A stretch of 64,000 nucleotides of DNA from Mobula hypostoma. Its lineage: Eukaryota. How positions within the stretch are numbered: the first letter of the stretch is position 1; each line of letters starts with the position of its first letter. The notes under the pieces were generated by a model. That model did not search any database and had not been told where the DNA came from. It saw nothing but the letters and a program-made list of their open reading frames with translations. Location: positions 12,462,001 through 12,526,000 of the forward strand of contig NC_086097.1 in NCBI RefSeq assembly GCF_963921235.1, given 5' to 3'. The position numbers were made by a program, and so were the translations under genes. Shown piece by piece: positions 49,882-62,842 of this stretch.

Positions 49882-51635
49882 GAGAGACGTGGAAAAGTGT
49901 GTATGGAACCCGAGGAGATACCAGAGATACATAATGACTACTTTGCTTCAGTATTCACTACGGAAAAGGATCTTGGCGATTGTAGGGATGACTTACAGTG
50001 GATTGAAAAGCTTGAGCATGTAGATATTAAGGAAAAGGATGTGCTGACGCTTTTGGAAAGCATCATGTTGGATAAGTCTCCAAGACCGGATGAGGTGTAC
50101 CCCAGGCTACTGTGGGAGGCAAGGGAGGAGATTGCTCAGCCTCTGGCAATGACCTTTGCATCATCAATGGAGACAGGAGAGGTTCCGGAGGATTGGAAGG
50201 TTGCAGATGTTGTTCCCTTATTCAAGAAAGGGAGTAGAGATAGCCCAGGAAGTTATAGACTAGTGAGTCTTACTTCAGTGGTTGGTAAGTTGATGGAAAA
50301 GATCCTGAGAGACAGGATTTGCGTACATTTGGAGAGGCATAACATGATTAGGAATAGTCAGCCTGGCTTTGTCAAAGGCAGGTTGTGCCTTACGAGCCTG
50401 ATTGAATTTTTTGAGGATGTGACTAAACACATTGATGAAGGTAGAGCGGTAGGTGTACTGTATATGGATTTCAGCAAGGCATTTGATAAGGTACCCCATG
50501 CAAGGCTTATTGAGAAAGTAAGGAGGCACTGGATCCATGGGGACCTTGCTTTGTGGATCCAGAACTGGCTTGCACACAGAGGTAGAGAGTGGTTGTAGAC
50601 GGGTCATATTCTGCATGGAGGTCGATGACCAGTGGTGTGCCTCAGGGATCTGTTCTGGGACCCCTACTCCTCGTGATTTTTATAAATGACCTGGATGAGG
50701 AAGTGGAGGGATGGGTTAGTAAATATGCTGATGACACAAAGGTTGGAAGTGTTGTGGATAGTGTGGAGGGCTGTCAGAGGTTACAGCGGGACATCGATAG
50801 GATGCAAAACTGGGCTGAGAAGTGCCAAGTAGAGTTCAACCCAGATGAGTGTGAGGTGGTTCATTTTGGTAAGTCAAATATGATGGCAGAATATAGTGTT
50901 AATGATAAGACTTTTGACAGTGTGGAAGATCAGAGGGACCTTGTGGTCTGAGGTCATAGGGACACTCAAAGCAGCTGCGCAGGTTGACTCTGTGGTTAAG
51001 AAGACATACGGTACATTGGCTTTCATCAACCATGGGATTGAGTTTAAGAGCAGAGAGGTTATGTTACAGCTGTATAGGACCCTGGTCAAACCCCACTTGG
51101 AGTACTGTGCTCAGTTCTGCTCACCTCACTACAAGAAAGATGTGGCAACTATAGAAAGGGTGCGGAGGAGATTTACAAGGATGTTGCCTGGATTGGGGAG
51201 CATGTCTTATGAGAATAGATTGAGTGAACTCGGCCTTTTCTCCTCAGAGCGACGGAGGATGAGAGGTGACCTGATAGAGGTGTATAAGATGATGAGAGGC
51301 ATTGATCATGTGGATAGTCAGAGGCTTTTTCCCAGGGCTGAAATGGTTAACACGAGAGGGCACAATTTTAAGGTGCTTGGAAGTAGGTACAGAGGAGATG
51401 TCATTGGTAAGTTTTTTACGCAGAGAGTAGTGAGTGCATGGACTGGGCTGCCGGCAACAGTGATGGAGGCCGATATGATAGGGTCTTTTAAGAGACTCGT
51501 GGATATGTACATGGAGCTCAGGAAAATAGAGGGCTGTAGGTAATCTTAGGTAATTTCTAAGGTAAGGACATGTTAGGCACAGCTTTGTAGGCTGAAGGGC
51601 CTGTATTGTGCTGTAGGTTTTCTACGTTTCTATGT
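49882..51635 (+). mobile_element. 5'-truncated CR1 LINE, RT with frameshifts
   Basis: Overlapping ORFs 49786-50598, 50589-50951 and 50896-51543 carry consecutive CR1 RT motifs (DFSKAFDKV, GVPQGSVLGP, YADD); tail tttctacgtttctatgt. Confidence 0.95.
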
Positions 51636-51858
51636 CCTGTGTTCTGCAATGATCAAAAACCAATTATTTGGAATCAAATGACTTGCCTAGTATCGCGTGG
51701 CTAGGTGCATCTGCACCTACTCCAACCCCTTCACCCCTGGCACATCTTCTCTGCCACCTGTCACATACCCCTTCTGCAATGCTTCACCTTCGCCATTCAC
51801 AACATTCTTTGCTCTTGCAAGATTTACAAACTCACTGTCTATTCCATGTTGACCAATA

Positions 51859-51958
51859 TAGTACTGTGCAAAAGTCCTAGGCACCATAGCTATATATATC
51901 TATATCTATCTCTCTATCTAATCTATATATATGTTTCTAAGACCTTTGCACAGCACTG
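51859..51958. mobile_element. Tc1/mariner-type mini-MITE with internal TA/TC microsatellite
   Basis: agtactgtgcaaaagtcctagg...ctaagacctttgcacagcactg followed by TA. Confidence 0.7.
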
Positions 51959-53844
51959 TAGTATCAATTTTTACTTGGTTCCAGAATGTGACATGGAAGG
52001 AGTTGAATCCTTACTGTGACATAAAGACAGGCATCTGCCAACCCCTGAACACATCATAAAAACAAAGTGTGCATGGGAACACAGTGGCTAAAGTACTGGA
52101 TTAGCAGCCAGAGTTTGAGACCAGTGATTCAGAGATGCAAATTCAAATTCCACCATAGTAGTAATCAAACTAAGCAATCTGAAATTCAAAATAAAATCTC
52201 TTAAAGATTTATTTATTTACTTCTTGGGATACAGAGCAGAATAGACCCTTCTGGCCCTTCGAGCCACGTCTTCCAGCAATCCCCCAGTTTAATCTTAGCC
52301 TAATCACAGGCTATTTACAGTGAACGATTTCTGAGTTGCGTATGGTGACATATCTGCACGTTGATAATAAATTTGCTTTGCACTTTGAACCTGCTAACTG
52401 GTATGTTTTTGGATTGTGGGAGGAAACCGGAGCAACTGGAGGAAACCCAAGTTGTCACAGGGAGAACGTACAAACTCCTGATAGGCAGCAGCAGGAACAG
52501 AAGTTAACTATTCAATCTATCATGTACAATCGTCCACTTTCATACCCTTTCCCCATAAACACACGATCCCTTGTACCTCCCCCTTATATTGAGACAGAGA
52601 CTCCTTGCTCTGGGGCAAGAGCTTCCAGACACTGAATTCTCAGTGAAGAAATTCTACTTCATTTCCTTATTTCAGTTTTAAATATGTGTCCTCTTATTCT
52701 GAAATCATGCTTTTCGATTCTTGATCCTCCTATCAGAGGATGCAACTCTCAGTATTTATCCTGCCTAACCCCCCCCCCCACCCCACCTTTCACCGAGGAA
52801 CATCACCTTGTTGTGATGGAGAGGACTGTGAAATGAAATCCTGAGAGTAATGCTCTCTGGAGCTTAGCTTGTGGTAGGGTCACCCACGGCGGTAAGGTCA
52901 AGGGCAAAGAGTGATCCATCGAAGACCTCAGCAGTGGAACATGCGGAAGATGATGGTACATCACAACAGCAGTGAAGGGTCCCCAGTCATTTTGCATTCC
53001 ATGTCATGGGACGCTGACCCTGATCTGTCAAGGACCCTGTGGTAGCTGCCTATGCATCAGTCACCCCATGTTAAACAGTCCTCTTAGGAGAAAATCATAC
53101 TCAACCCAAGTGATCACACTGGTTCTACTGCTAATACTATTACCTCCCATAAAAATTGTGTATGTTTTAATAAAATCACCCCTCATTCAATATTCAGGAT
53201 TGTTTGATGCCATTTCAGTACACAAGTGTAAGGAGAGCGAAATAATTCTTGCTCCAATTTTAATACAGCACAAAAAACCCACAAAGAATAAAACACACTA
53301 TAATAATAATAATAAACACAATAAATATAAATACATCAGATAGCTTATATACATAGATTGATTGTATATCTGTAAAGTGATGCCAGGCACCAGAATGTCT
53401 GTACAAAAGATGACTGACAGGAGATGATAAAGTCGTGGTGGTGAGGGGTGTTTTAGTGGGTGGAGGTGTTGATCAGTTTCACTGCTTGAGACAAATAACT
53501 GTTTTTGAGTCTGGTGATCCTGGCATGGAGTTCTCCAAAAAGCTCCAATGAATAGAGTTCTAGTCTGTTTAACCATTCCGCATTGGATAATCCCTTCATG
53601 TCGAAGGTCATTCAATGACATTTTGACTTCTCCCTGAGCCACCTCCAATTAAACAGTGCCTTTCCTTAATCAGGAGCACCAAAGTTGCTCACTCTACTGT
53701 ACCCGCACTTGTGCCTTGTACAGCTATAGTAAGATTTTATGATAGAAGAGGCTGCAGATGCTGTAGTCTGGAGCAACAAAGAACCTTCTGGAGGACAAGC
53801 TGATGATTCCTTTGCCACCACAGATGGTGTTTGGCCCATTCTGA

Positions 53845-54525
53845 CCTGTTTGTCCATGGCCTCCTCTACTGCCTTGATGATGCCACTCTTAGGTTGGAGG
53901 GGCGCACCTCACATTCCCTCTGGCTATCCTCCAAGCTGGTGGCATGAGCATCAATTTCTCTAAGTTCTGGTAATTTTTCCCCTCCCTCCTTCCCTCTTCG
54001 ACCATTCCCCATTCTGGTTCCATTCTCATGCCTTCTCTCTCCTTACTGTCCTTCAGCTCCTCCTAGTGTCCTCCTCCTTCTTTCTTTCTTTTCCAATATT
54101 TTTATTGATTTCTATATAGAAGAATACAAAGTCCAAGAGAATACATATTATAAAACAAAAGAAAAAATATAATAATACCAGATACAGTACTTCTTCTTAT
54201 TCCCCCATTGTCCACTCTCCTCTTTTCTCAGATTCCTTCTTGTTCGGCCCTTTGTCCTTCCCACCTATCACTTCTCAGCTTCTTATTTCACCTCCCTTTC
54301 CCCAACCCACCTGGCCTCACCTATCTCCTTTTAGCTTGTTCTCCTTCTCCTTCCCCAGCCTTCTTACTCTGGTTTCTTCCCCCTTCCTTTACAGTCTCGA
54401 TGAAGGGCCTCGGCCCAGACCATCGACTGTTTATTCATTTCCATAGGTATTTCCAAACCTGTATTCCACCAGCATTTTGTAAGCGTTATTCTAGATTTCC
54501 AGCTTCTGCAGAATCTCTTGTGTAT
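53845..54525 (+). mobile_element. Penelope-like 3' fragment
   Basis: GIY-YIG C-terminal remnant 53850-53970; pLTR with decayed hammerhead 54392-54428. Confidence 0.8.
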
Positions 54526-55534
54526 GTGATTTGGTGTTCGACGTGCTGAGTTCCTCTTGCTGATTGTTGTGTGGAAAGATTTCCCTATTTTTATATTCCA
54601 ACCTCCTTGAATACATTGGCCTTCTCTACCAACTACAGGGCTTGTGTGGTGGCTTTCTAGCTTTCTTTTTTTAGAGGAACAGCATGGCAGCAGGCCTGTC
54701 TGGCCCAACAATTCCATGCCACCCAATTACACTCATGCTATTTAAGAACAGTTTCAATAATTTGTTTCCCCATTAAAGGAAGGCTGTAAAAGTATTCCCA
54801 ATTAGAAAAGCACAGAAGACCTGAGGAAGCTCTTTAGGAACATTGGATTAGCATCACATATCAAATTTATTCTTCTCCAGCCTTTTACCTTACCTATCAC
54901 CCGCATCTTGTGTGCGTGTGTGTGTGTTCCACTGAAGTCGGTGAAACCAGTTTTGCACACTTGGCGCTACGGATCTAAGGAAGAAGTGCGAAGCACTTCA
55001 ACCCACCTAGTCCACCTCACCATCGACAATATTTCTAATAACCCTGAGTTAGGGTGGTCAGTGTTTCCCTCACTCAGAGTTTTCCAATGAAACCTCAGTC
55101 TGAATGTAAGAACTTGGTTTCTTTAGATCAATAAGTGTAACACCAGCAGATTCAGCCTGCAGGACAAGGCTCGAAAGCTACTTGGAGTTGTTGATGGCTG
55201 TTAAACATAAGGACGTCTGACAATTTAATAAGCCCATTCCTTCATTAATCGAAAGCCCTAACGATGCTTTAAACTAGTTCAACAACACAATTGCAATTCA
55301 TCAACCCTTGCTGGAAATGCAATGGAAAAGCATATTTAGAACATGGAACACACAGCATAGAACAGTACAGCACAGTACTGACCCTTCAGCCCACAATATT
55401 GTGCCAACCTTTTAACCTATTCCAAGATCATTCCAACTCTTCCTTCCCACATTGCTCTCCATCTGCTTACATCACTGTGCCAATGTATGAGTCAATTAGA
55501 TGCCCCTTTTGTATTCGCCTCTATCACCACCCCG

Positions 55535-55765
55535 GAAGACCCACCCCCTCCCCTTCCCGTTCCCTCTCAGGACCACTCTCTTGCCCCACCCCCTCCCCTG
55601 GACCACACCCCTCTCCTACTTCTTCCCTCGCTCCTCTCCTTCTCCGACTACCCTCCTCCCTAGAACACCCTCCACCACACTCGCCCAACTCCCCAGCCTT
55701 CCCCCGCCCCTGGATTATCCTGCCCTTTCCAACTCTACTTCTCTCTCCCCTCCCTCCCTCCCCTC
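55535..55765. repeat. C/T-rich low-complexity tract
   Basis: Runs of cctc/ccc. Confidence 0.8.
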
Positions 55766-57516
55766 TGGAACCAAAAAGTATATGGGAAGGATGGAAGTTA
55801 GGAAAATGTTTTCTTACAGGAGAGACATGGTACTGACCATGGAATCATTTGTCCATCTCACAAGGCTCACCACAACCGGTAACTAGGTATACGGGCCAGC
55901 GGAGATTACTCAGCTATCGAGTAGGACGGGGGACTCTTCAGAGACTAGCAGCCAGTATGACAACCAGTCAATCTAAACAACAAGTTGGACCAATATAAAC
56001 ACGAGCACTTGGCAGAAACAACACTCAATTGCGCACTGAAGCTATCACCTCGACTGGTAACGAAATGTTTGCGACCTGAACCTCTGGGCTCAGAAAACAG
56101 CCCCATAAACAATTGTCTATCTCAATTTGCCTCTGAACTGATTTTCTCATTATCCAGGTTTTGCACGTGTGTCTGCGAAAGTGCTGCTGAATTTCAATCA
56201 TTCCATTCTTCTGTTCAACTGGTTTAAAGTATCATTAGAATCCTTGATTAATGAAGGAGTAGGTTTATTAAACTTTCAAACAGCCTTATGTTTAACAGCC
56301 ATCAATAACTACAATCAGCTTTTAAGTTTTGTCCTGCAGGCTGGAACTAACTTAAATTGCGACTGTCAGTACTACATTTAATGATGCCGAAATAACTTCA
56401 GATTCTCATAGTAAAGCTGAAATTTCATTGGGGCTGGAGTTACATATAGGCCAAGATAGCAGATTTCAATTGTTAAAGGATGCTAATGAACCAGATGTTT
56501 TTTTTAAACGACAATACAATAATTTCATGGATTACGGAGATAAGCGCTGTTGACAACATTCTTTAATGACTTAGAGGAAGTCAGCGAACATACATTTGTC
56601 AGATTTGTGAATGACACCACAATAAATGGAAAGGCAATTTGTGAAGACAATGCAAGGAGCTCACAGCAAGATGTTGATCGGGTACATCAGTGGGAAAGAA
56701 GTTAGGGAACGAAGTGTAGTGTGGGAAGATATAAAATGGTTGACTTTTGAAAGAAGAACAGAAAGCAGCACGTTGCTTAAATGAAGAAAAATTGCAGAAA
56801 GATTCTGTTCAGAGGGATTGAGGATTCCTGAGCATGAAAGCGCGGTAGTGTAGTGGTTAGCATAACACTATTGGAGTGTCAGCAACTGGGGTTCATTTCC
56901 GACGATGTCTATAAGGAGTCTGTGCGTTCTTCCCATGTGGCTTTCCTCTCACATTCCAAAGGTGTCCAGCTTAGTAGGTTAGTCACCCTGACCTGTAAAA
57001 GTGTCGTGCTAACTGTTACAATACTGCGGTGCCTTGCCATGTAACTCAGACCCTCGAGTCCTGGCAACATTCTCATAAATATGACATACAACATTCTGAA
57101 ATTAATATTGCCGCCCTGAAAGAGCCATGATGGCCAGTTTAAAAAATGACATGGTACGTACATCTTTTCAAAGTGCACATCAGAAGAATGTCATGTTTGC
57201 TGATCAGGAAATGACTTGGTCTGACAACTCAGTGACCTCCTGTGTGGACATATTAGATGCTTGCGGAATCAGTGAATTAGTGATTGCCTTGAATCTGGGC
57301 CTTAATCTCAACATCTGCAAGATGAGGGATCAACCTTCCGGTGGCCCAATCAGCAGGAGGAGCGGGCCACAGCGATGAGGTTTTTCGCAAGTCAGCGACG
57401 CTTGTTTAAAAGTACAAAAAGGACAAGCAGGGCGGCTGTAGTTGGGAGTAGGCCAGTGGTGAGAGAAGAAGTGTCAGGCTTTGGCTCAAAGGAGGCTTCA
57501 GCTCGAAAGAGGTAAG

Positions 57517-58360
57517 TGTCACGGTCCTGATCGGTTATTCCCTAGGTCCCTTTAAATTTACCTTGTGTCACGATCAGGACCATTGACTCCTTGTTTTCCT
57601 TAATTCATTGTTTCCCCGTGTTTCTTGGGCTCTGTAATTAAAGGCACTTGAGTCTCAGCTGAATAAGCAGTACTTAGTGTGGGGCTTACAGCTACTCGCT
57701 GCTAGATCGTCATCAGACATCACCGAAGCAAAAAGAAGCAAGTCACCCTGCCGGAACGAGCCAAGTTACCTCGCTGGGGCTACTCAAGTCTTCTCCCCGA
57801 AGCGAGTGCCAGTAAGCCGCCTCTCCTCACTGGAGCCACCCGGTTAAGTTACCTTGCCTGATCGAGCTGCTAAACTACCTCGCCGGAGCGGGTCCATCAA
57901 GTTAACCCTCCGGAGTGAGACTAGAGCTGCTATCTGTAGTTCCTGGGCCGTGTCAACAGATTGCCACTACTTGGAGCCATTTCGTGTCAAGGTACGAACT
58001 GTCTATTGTTGTGTGGTACCGTCTCTTCGTGTCCTCGTCTCCACTGAGTAGGTCCGGCCATTTTGCTGCTACTCTGAGTTAAGAACTGTCTCCTTGTGTC
58101 TTTGTCTCCACTGGGTAGGTCCGGCCGTTTGCTGCTACCCTGAGTGGGAAACTGTCTCTTCGTTTTCTCGTCTCCACTGAGTAGATCCGGCCATTTGCTG
58201 CTACTCTGAGTTGGGGATTCCTGTCTGTCAGTCTTCTGCATCCTGTGTCTAAAAGAAGATTCCCGGCTCTGTGGCCTGTACCCAAGGAGGGGCCCCGGCT
58301 CAGTGTTCCATGTCCTGTGTCTAAGAAAGATCCAGGTTTTGGTGCTCCGAGTTCCAAGTC
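57517..58360 (+). mobile_element. Gypsy-type LTR fragment inserted in the CR1 5' region
   Basis: Starts TGTCACGG; layout similar to the 18280/18791 LTRs (e.g. cctgtgtctaagaaagatcc); 3' TG..CA end not found. Confidence 0.6.
58021..58215. repeat. ~66-bp tandem repeat, 3 copies
   Basis: Unit gtctcttcgt...ctccactgagtaggtccggcc...tgctgctactctgagt starts at ~58021, 58088 and 58154. Confidence 0.85.
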
Positions 58361-60304
58361 GGGAATGCATTCAGCTGTAGCTCCTTGAAGACTGTGTTAG
58401 GGATCTGGAGTAGCAACTGGATGACCTCCGGCTTATACGGGAGAGTGTGGAGATAATCGATCAGAGTTACAGGGAAATAGTCACCCTGAAGTTGCAGGAG
58501 GAGAGTTGCTGGGTGACTGTCAGGAGAAATGGAAATGCGAATTAGCAGTTAGCACAGAGCACCCCTGTGGCCATTCCCCTCAATTATGAGGATACTGTTA
58601 TGGATACTGTTGTGGGGGATGTCTTTCCAGGGGAATTCCATGGAGACCAGGTTACGGGCACTAAGCATGGATCCGTGCTGCAGGAGGGAAGGAACAGGGA
58701 AGCGGTAGTGATTGGGGACTCGATGTTCAGTGGAACAGACAGGAGATTCTGTGGATGTGAATGGGACATCCGAATGGTATGCTCTCTCCCAGGAGCCAAG
58801 ACCAGGGATGTCTCGGATTGCGTCCACAGCATCTTGGTGGGGATGGAGAGCAGCCAGACGTCTTTGTACATATTGCTACCAATGACATAGGAAGAAAAAG
58901 CAAAGAAGTCCTGAAAAGAGAATTTAGAGAGCTAGGTAGAAAGCTGAGAAGCTGGACCTACAGGGTAGTAATTACTGGATTTCTGACTATACCACACACC
59001 AGTGAGGGTAGAAAAAGGATGAACTGGCAGTTTAATGTGTGGCTGAGAAGCTGGTGCAGGGAGCAGGGCTTCAGGTTCTTGGATCATTGGGATCTCTTCT
59101 GGGGGAGGTATGATCTGTTCAGAAGTGACGGGTTACGCCTGAACTCGAGGGGACCAATATTTTCGCGGGCAGGTTTGTTAGAGCTGTTAATTTGGCGGGG
59201 GTCGGAACTGGAGCGAAGGTGCTGAGGATAGGATGGATGATAAAAAAACAAAGATAGCATGAAGCCAGACTGTCAGGAAGGGCAGGCAAATGATAGGACA
59301 AAATTGCAGCCTGCTGAATGCATATCAGTGCATTAGGGATGCAAAATCATAAAGGATAGCAAATTCAGTAGTCGAAGTGTTATACCTCAATGCATGGAAT
59401 GTATGAAATAAGGTGGAGGATCTGGTTGCACTACTACAAATTGCCAGGTATGACGTTGCGGCCATCACTGAATCGTGGCTGATTGTTCTCTTGAATGTCC
59501 AAGGTTACACATTGTATCCGGAGGGACAGGAGGGGAGGCAGAGGGGGTAGCGTGGCTCTGTTGGTAAAAATTCAGATCACTAGAAAGGTGTGACATAGGA
59601 TTGAAAGATTTTGTATCTTTGTGAGTTGAGTAAAAGGAGCCTGATGGCAGTTATATACAGGCCTCCGACAATAGCTGGGATGTGGACCACAGATTACAAT
59701 GGGAGATAGAAAAAGCGTGTCAAAAGGGCAATGTTATGATAATCATGGGAGATTTCAACATGCAGGTCGATTGGGAAAATCAGGTTGGAAATGGTTCTCA
59801 AGACAGTGAGTTTACTCAATGTCTATAAGATGTTTTTTTAGAGCAGTTTGTTGTTGAGCCTACTAGGGGAACAGCTATACTTGATTGGGTGTTATGCAAT
59901 GGACCAGAGATGATTAGGGAGCTTAAGGCAAAAGAACCCTTAGGAGCCAGTGATCACAATATGATTAAGTTCAAATTGAAATTTGATAGGGTGAAAGTAA
60001 AGTCTGATGTAGCATTATTTCAGTGGAGTAAAGGAAATTACAGTGGTATAAGAGAGGATTTGGCTAAAATGAATTAAGAGGTGATGCTGGCAGGGATGAC
60101 AGCAGAGCAACAATGGCGTGAGTTTCTGGGAAAAATGACGGAGGTGCAGGATAGATGCATGCCATCCTTTAAGTTCCCTTTAATCTAATTAGAACAGTTT
60201 CAGGGACTGAGTTCAAAGTTCTAAGTACATATTAGTCACATGTCCTACCCTGAGATTCATTTCCTCTCACCATTCACAGTAAATCCACGAAACACAGTGG
60301 AATT

Positions 60305-60985
60305 TGTTACCACAGGTAGCTGTGGAGGCCAGGTCACTGGGTGTATTTTAAGTGAAGATTCATAGTTCTTGACTGACCAATGCAACAAAGTCTAGGGGTA
60401 AAGGCTGGGAGTGGCACGGAAGAGGGGAAAAAAGGATCAGGCATGATTGAATGGCGGAGAAGTCTCGTAGGACCAAATGGCCTAATTCTGCTCCTATGTC
60501 TTATGGCTTTATGGTCTAACCTGACCCCAGCTAGCCGAGCATAAACAACAGAAAGCCTGCCTGAGTTTTAGGGAAAGGTGGAATAGGTTAGAACTTAATT
60601 CCCTTGAGCATAGGAGAATGATTTGAGATTTGATAGAGGTATACAACATTATGAAAGCCACAGCGAGGAAAATGCAGGCAGACTTTTTTCCCCTGAGGTT
60701 GAATGAGATTAGAACATGAGGTCATGGATTAAGGGTGAAAGGTAAAATGCTTAAGGGGAATATGAAGAGTACCTTCCTCACTCAGAGGGTGGTGAGAGTG
60801 TGGAATGAGCTGCCAGAAGAGGTGGTTCTATTTAAACATATAAGAGAAATTTGGATAGGAACATGGATAAAAGGGGTATGGAGGGCTATGTTCCAGGTGA
60901 CGGTCTATTGGACTAGGTAGAGTAACAGTTCAGCATGGACTAAATAGGCTGAAGGGTGTCTTTCTGTGCTGTAGTGCTCTGTGAC
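60305..60985 (+). mobile_element. Two CR1 3' fragments (60305-60515, 60560-60985)
   Basis: Tail cctaattctgctcctatgtcttatgg; FLTQRVVRVWNELPEEVV. Confidence 0.8.
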
Positions 60986-62204
60986 ATGTATCACTTCACA
61001 ACTACCTTCCTACCCTGTCAGGCATGTCCTTCCCCATCTGTGGAAGAGTCTACAGCTCCTCTATTCATCTCAGCTGAACTGGAGTAGATGCAGGTTGTCC
61101 TCAATACCAAAGGATGAAGAGGAAGAATTTAAATGCCAGTAAGTGTTACTAAATCTGGCCTGTTCCTCACCACTGGCCAGGTTAAGATCAGCTCACCCAA
61201 CAGGAAGCACGTCTGAAATCTTTATGGAATGGAAGCTCCGGCAGCCTCTTACTCTGTCCAAGGGAGTCAGCATTATGCAAAGTTCAAATAAATATATTTG
61301 CAGAAACATGTCAGTGCTAAGATTATGCCATTTTATCAGCTGGCAAGCAGATGCCAAATGTTTTCATGGGGTTTGAGGATCACAGATGCTCCTTTTAGGT
61401 GTGAGTTAAAGGATGAAACTCAAGTCAATTAAATACAGAAATATTTCCTTAAGAAACCAGCTTAATGTGCTTTAGTCATCAAAGGCATGGGTGGTTTCAG
61501 CCTATTTCATTCAGGCAATAGACATCTCTTTAGTATTCAGTTTTCTCCAATTTTATTTAAATATTTCATGTCTTTTTTGTTTAGAGCATTTGTAAAGCTC
61601 TTTGAATATTGTTGAGTAAAGATCACAGTGCAGAATAGAACTAAATTTCAGAGAGACACAGTCTTAAATTAATTAATCCCACTGAAATGTTAATAGTATT
61701 TCCTAACGTGATACATGGGTAGTGTGGTGGAGATATGACTCTACCACGGACGTGTAAGGTGCTCCTTTCCTCCACTAGCTTGCAGTTCAACCTTGGGCAA
61801 GGAGTAGCACCTGCTTAGCCCCCCAACCAGGGTCATGTTAAGCCATGACAGATGGATATATGAGCAGCTGCTGCATATCACAAGTCCTAGTCATGTGACC
61901 ACGGACACCAGGCCGACAATCTCTGAAGAGGATTGATAACAGCTGGAGTCACCTGTCTTGTAAAGGCACTGACCAGAAGAAGGTAATGGCAAACCAATTG
62001 TGTAGAAAAATTTGCCATGAACTATGATGGTTATGGACGACAATGATCGTCCATGTTGTACAACATGGCACATAACGAACGACCGAATGCAATATAGCTA
62101 TATCTGAATTGGTATACTGTTCTCTATTGGTGACAGAAAGGAAGAGTTATTCCCTCCAATGTTCCTGACAGTTTGTCCATATGCCTATCTGATGTGACAT
62201 TATC

Positions 62205-62775
62205 ATGATTATTATGATTATGATTTTGAGGACACGCAGTCCCTTTTTATTGTCATTTAGTAATGCATGCATTAAGAGATGATAAAAATGTTTTTCCAGA
62301 ATGATATCACGAAAACACATGACAAACCGACTTAAAAACTAACAAAAACCACATAATTATAACATATAGTTACAACAGTGCAAAGCAATACTGTAATTTG
62401 ATAAGAACAGACCATGGCACAGTAAAAGTCTCAGAGTCTCTCGAAGTCCCATCATCTTATGCAGACGGTAAACCCCCAGCACCACCAACTTGCCGATGCA
62501 GCATCCCGGAAGCATCCGACCACAGTCTGACTCCAAGTCCGTCGGAAAACTCCGAGCCTCCGACCACCTATTCAACACCGAGCACCGAGCACCGTCTCTG
62601 CCGAGCGTTTCGACCCCAGCCCCGGCAACAGGCGATACGCAAAGCCGAGGATTTGGGGCCTACGTCTCCGGAGATTCTCAATCGCACAGTAGCAGCAGCA
62701 GCGAAGCAGGCATTTTAGATGTTGCTCTAAATGTTCCTCTGCGCTTTCACGGCTGTCCCCATCAAACCCGGATGG
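62205..62775 (-). mobile_element. Non-autonomous retroelement with (ataatc)n tail, GC-rich 5' part
   Basis: (tatgat)n at 62205-62226 followed by a Rex1-like ttattgtcattt tail; no recognisable ORF. Confidence 0.5.
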
Positions 62776-62842
62776 ATTATCTCCATCCTGTCATTTGGAA
62801 TTGGCTACCTGTTCCAACTTGTAAAAAAGACTCCCCGGATAA

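Larger units (their letters stand above)
57330..60160 (+). mobile_element. 5' half of a CR1 LINE (5' UTR, ORF1 coiled coil + esterase, ORF2 APE), decayed and interrupted
   Basis: ORF1 remnants LEDCVRDLE*QLDDLRLIRE (~58385) and AVVIGDSM...VHIATNDIG...FRFLDHW...DGLRLN (SGNH esterase); ORF2 YLNA, ITESW, IMGDFN, GASDHN. Confidence 0.9.

Noticed and set aside
55291..55886. Proline-rich ORFs
   Set aside because: Arise from C-rich low-complexity sequence.
58021..58215. CRISPR-like array
   Set aside because: Plain tandem repeat with no unique spacers, inside an LTR in eukaryotic DNA; no cas genes.
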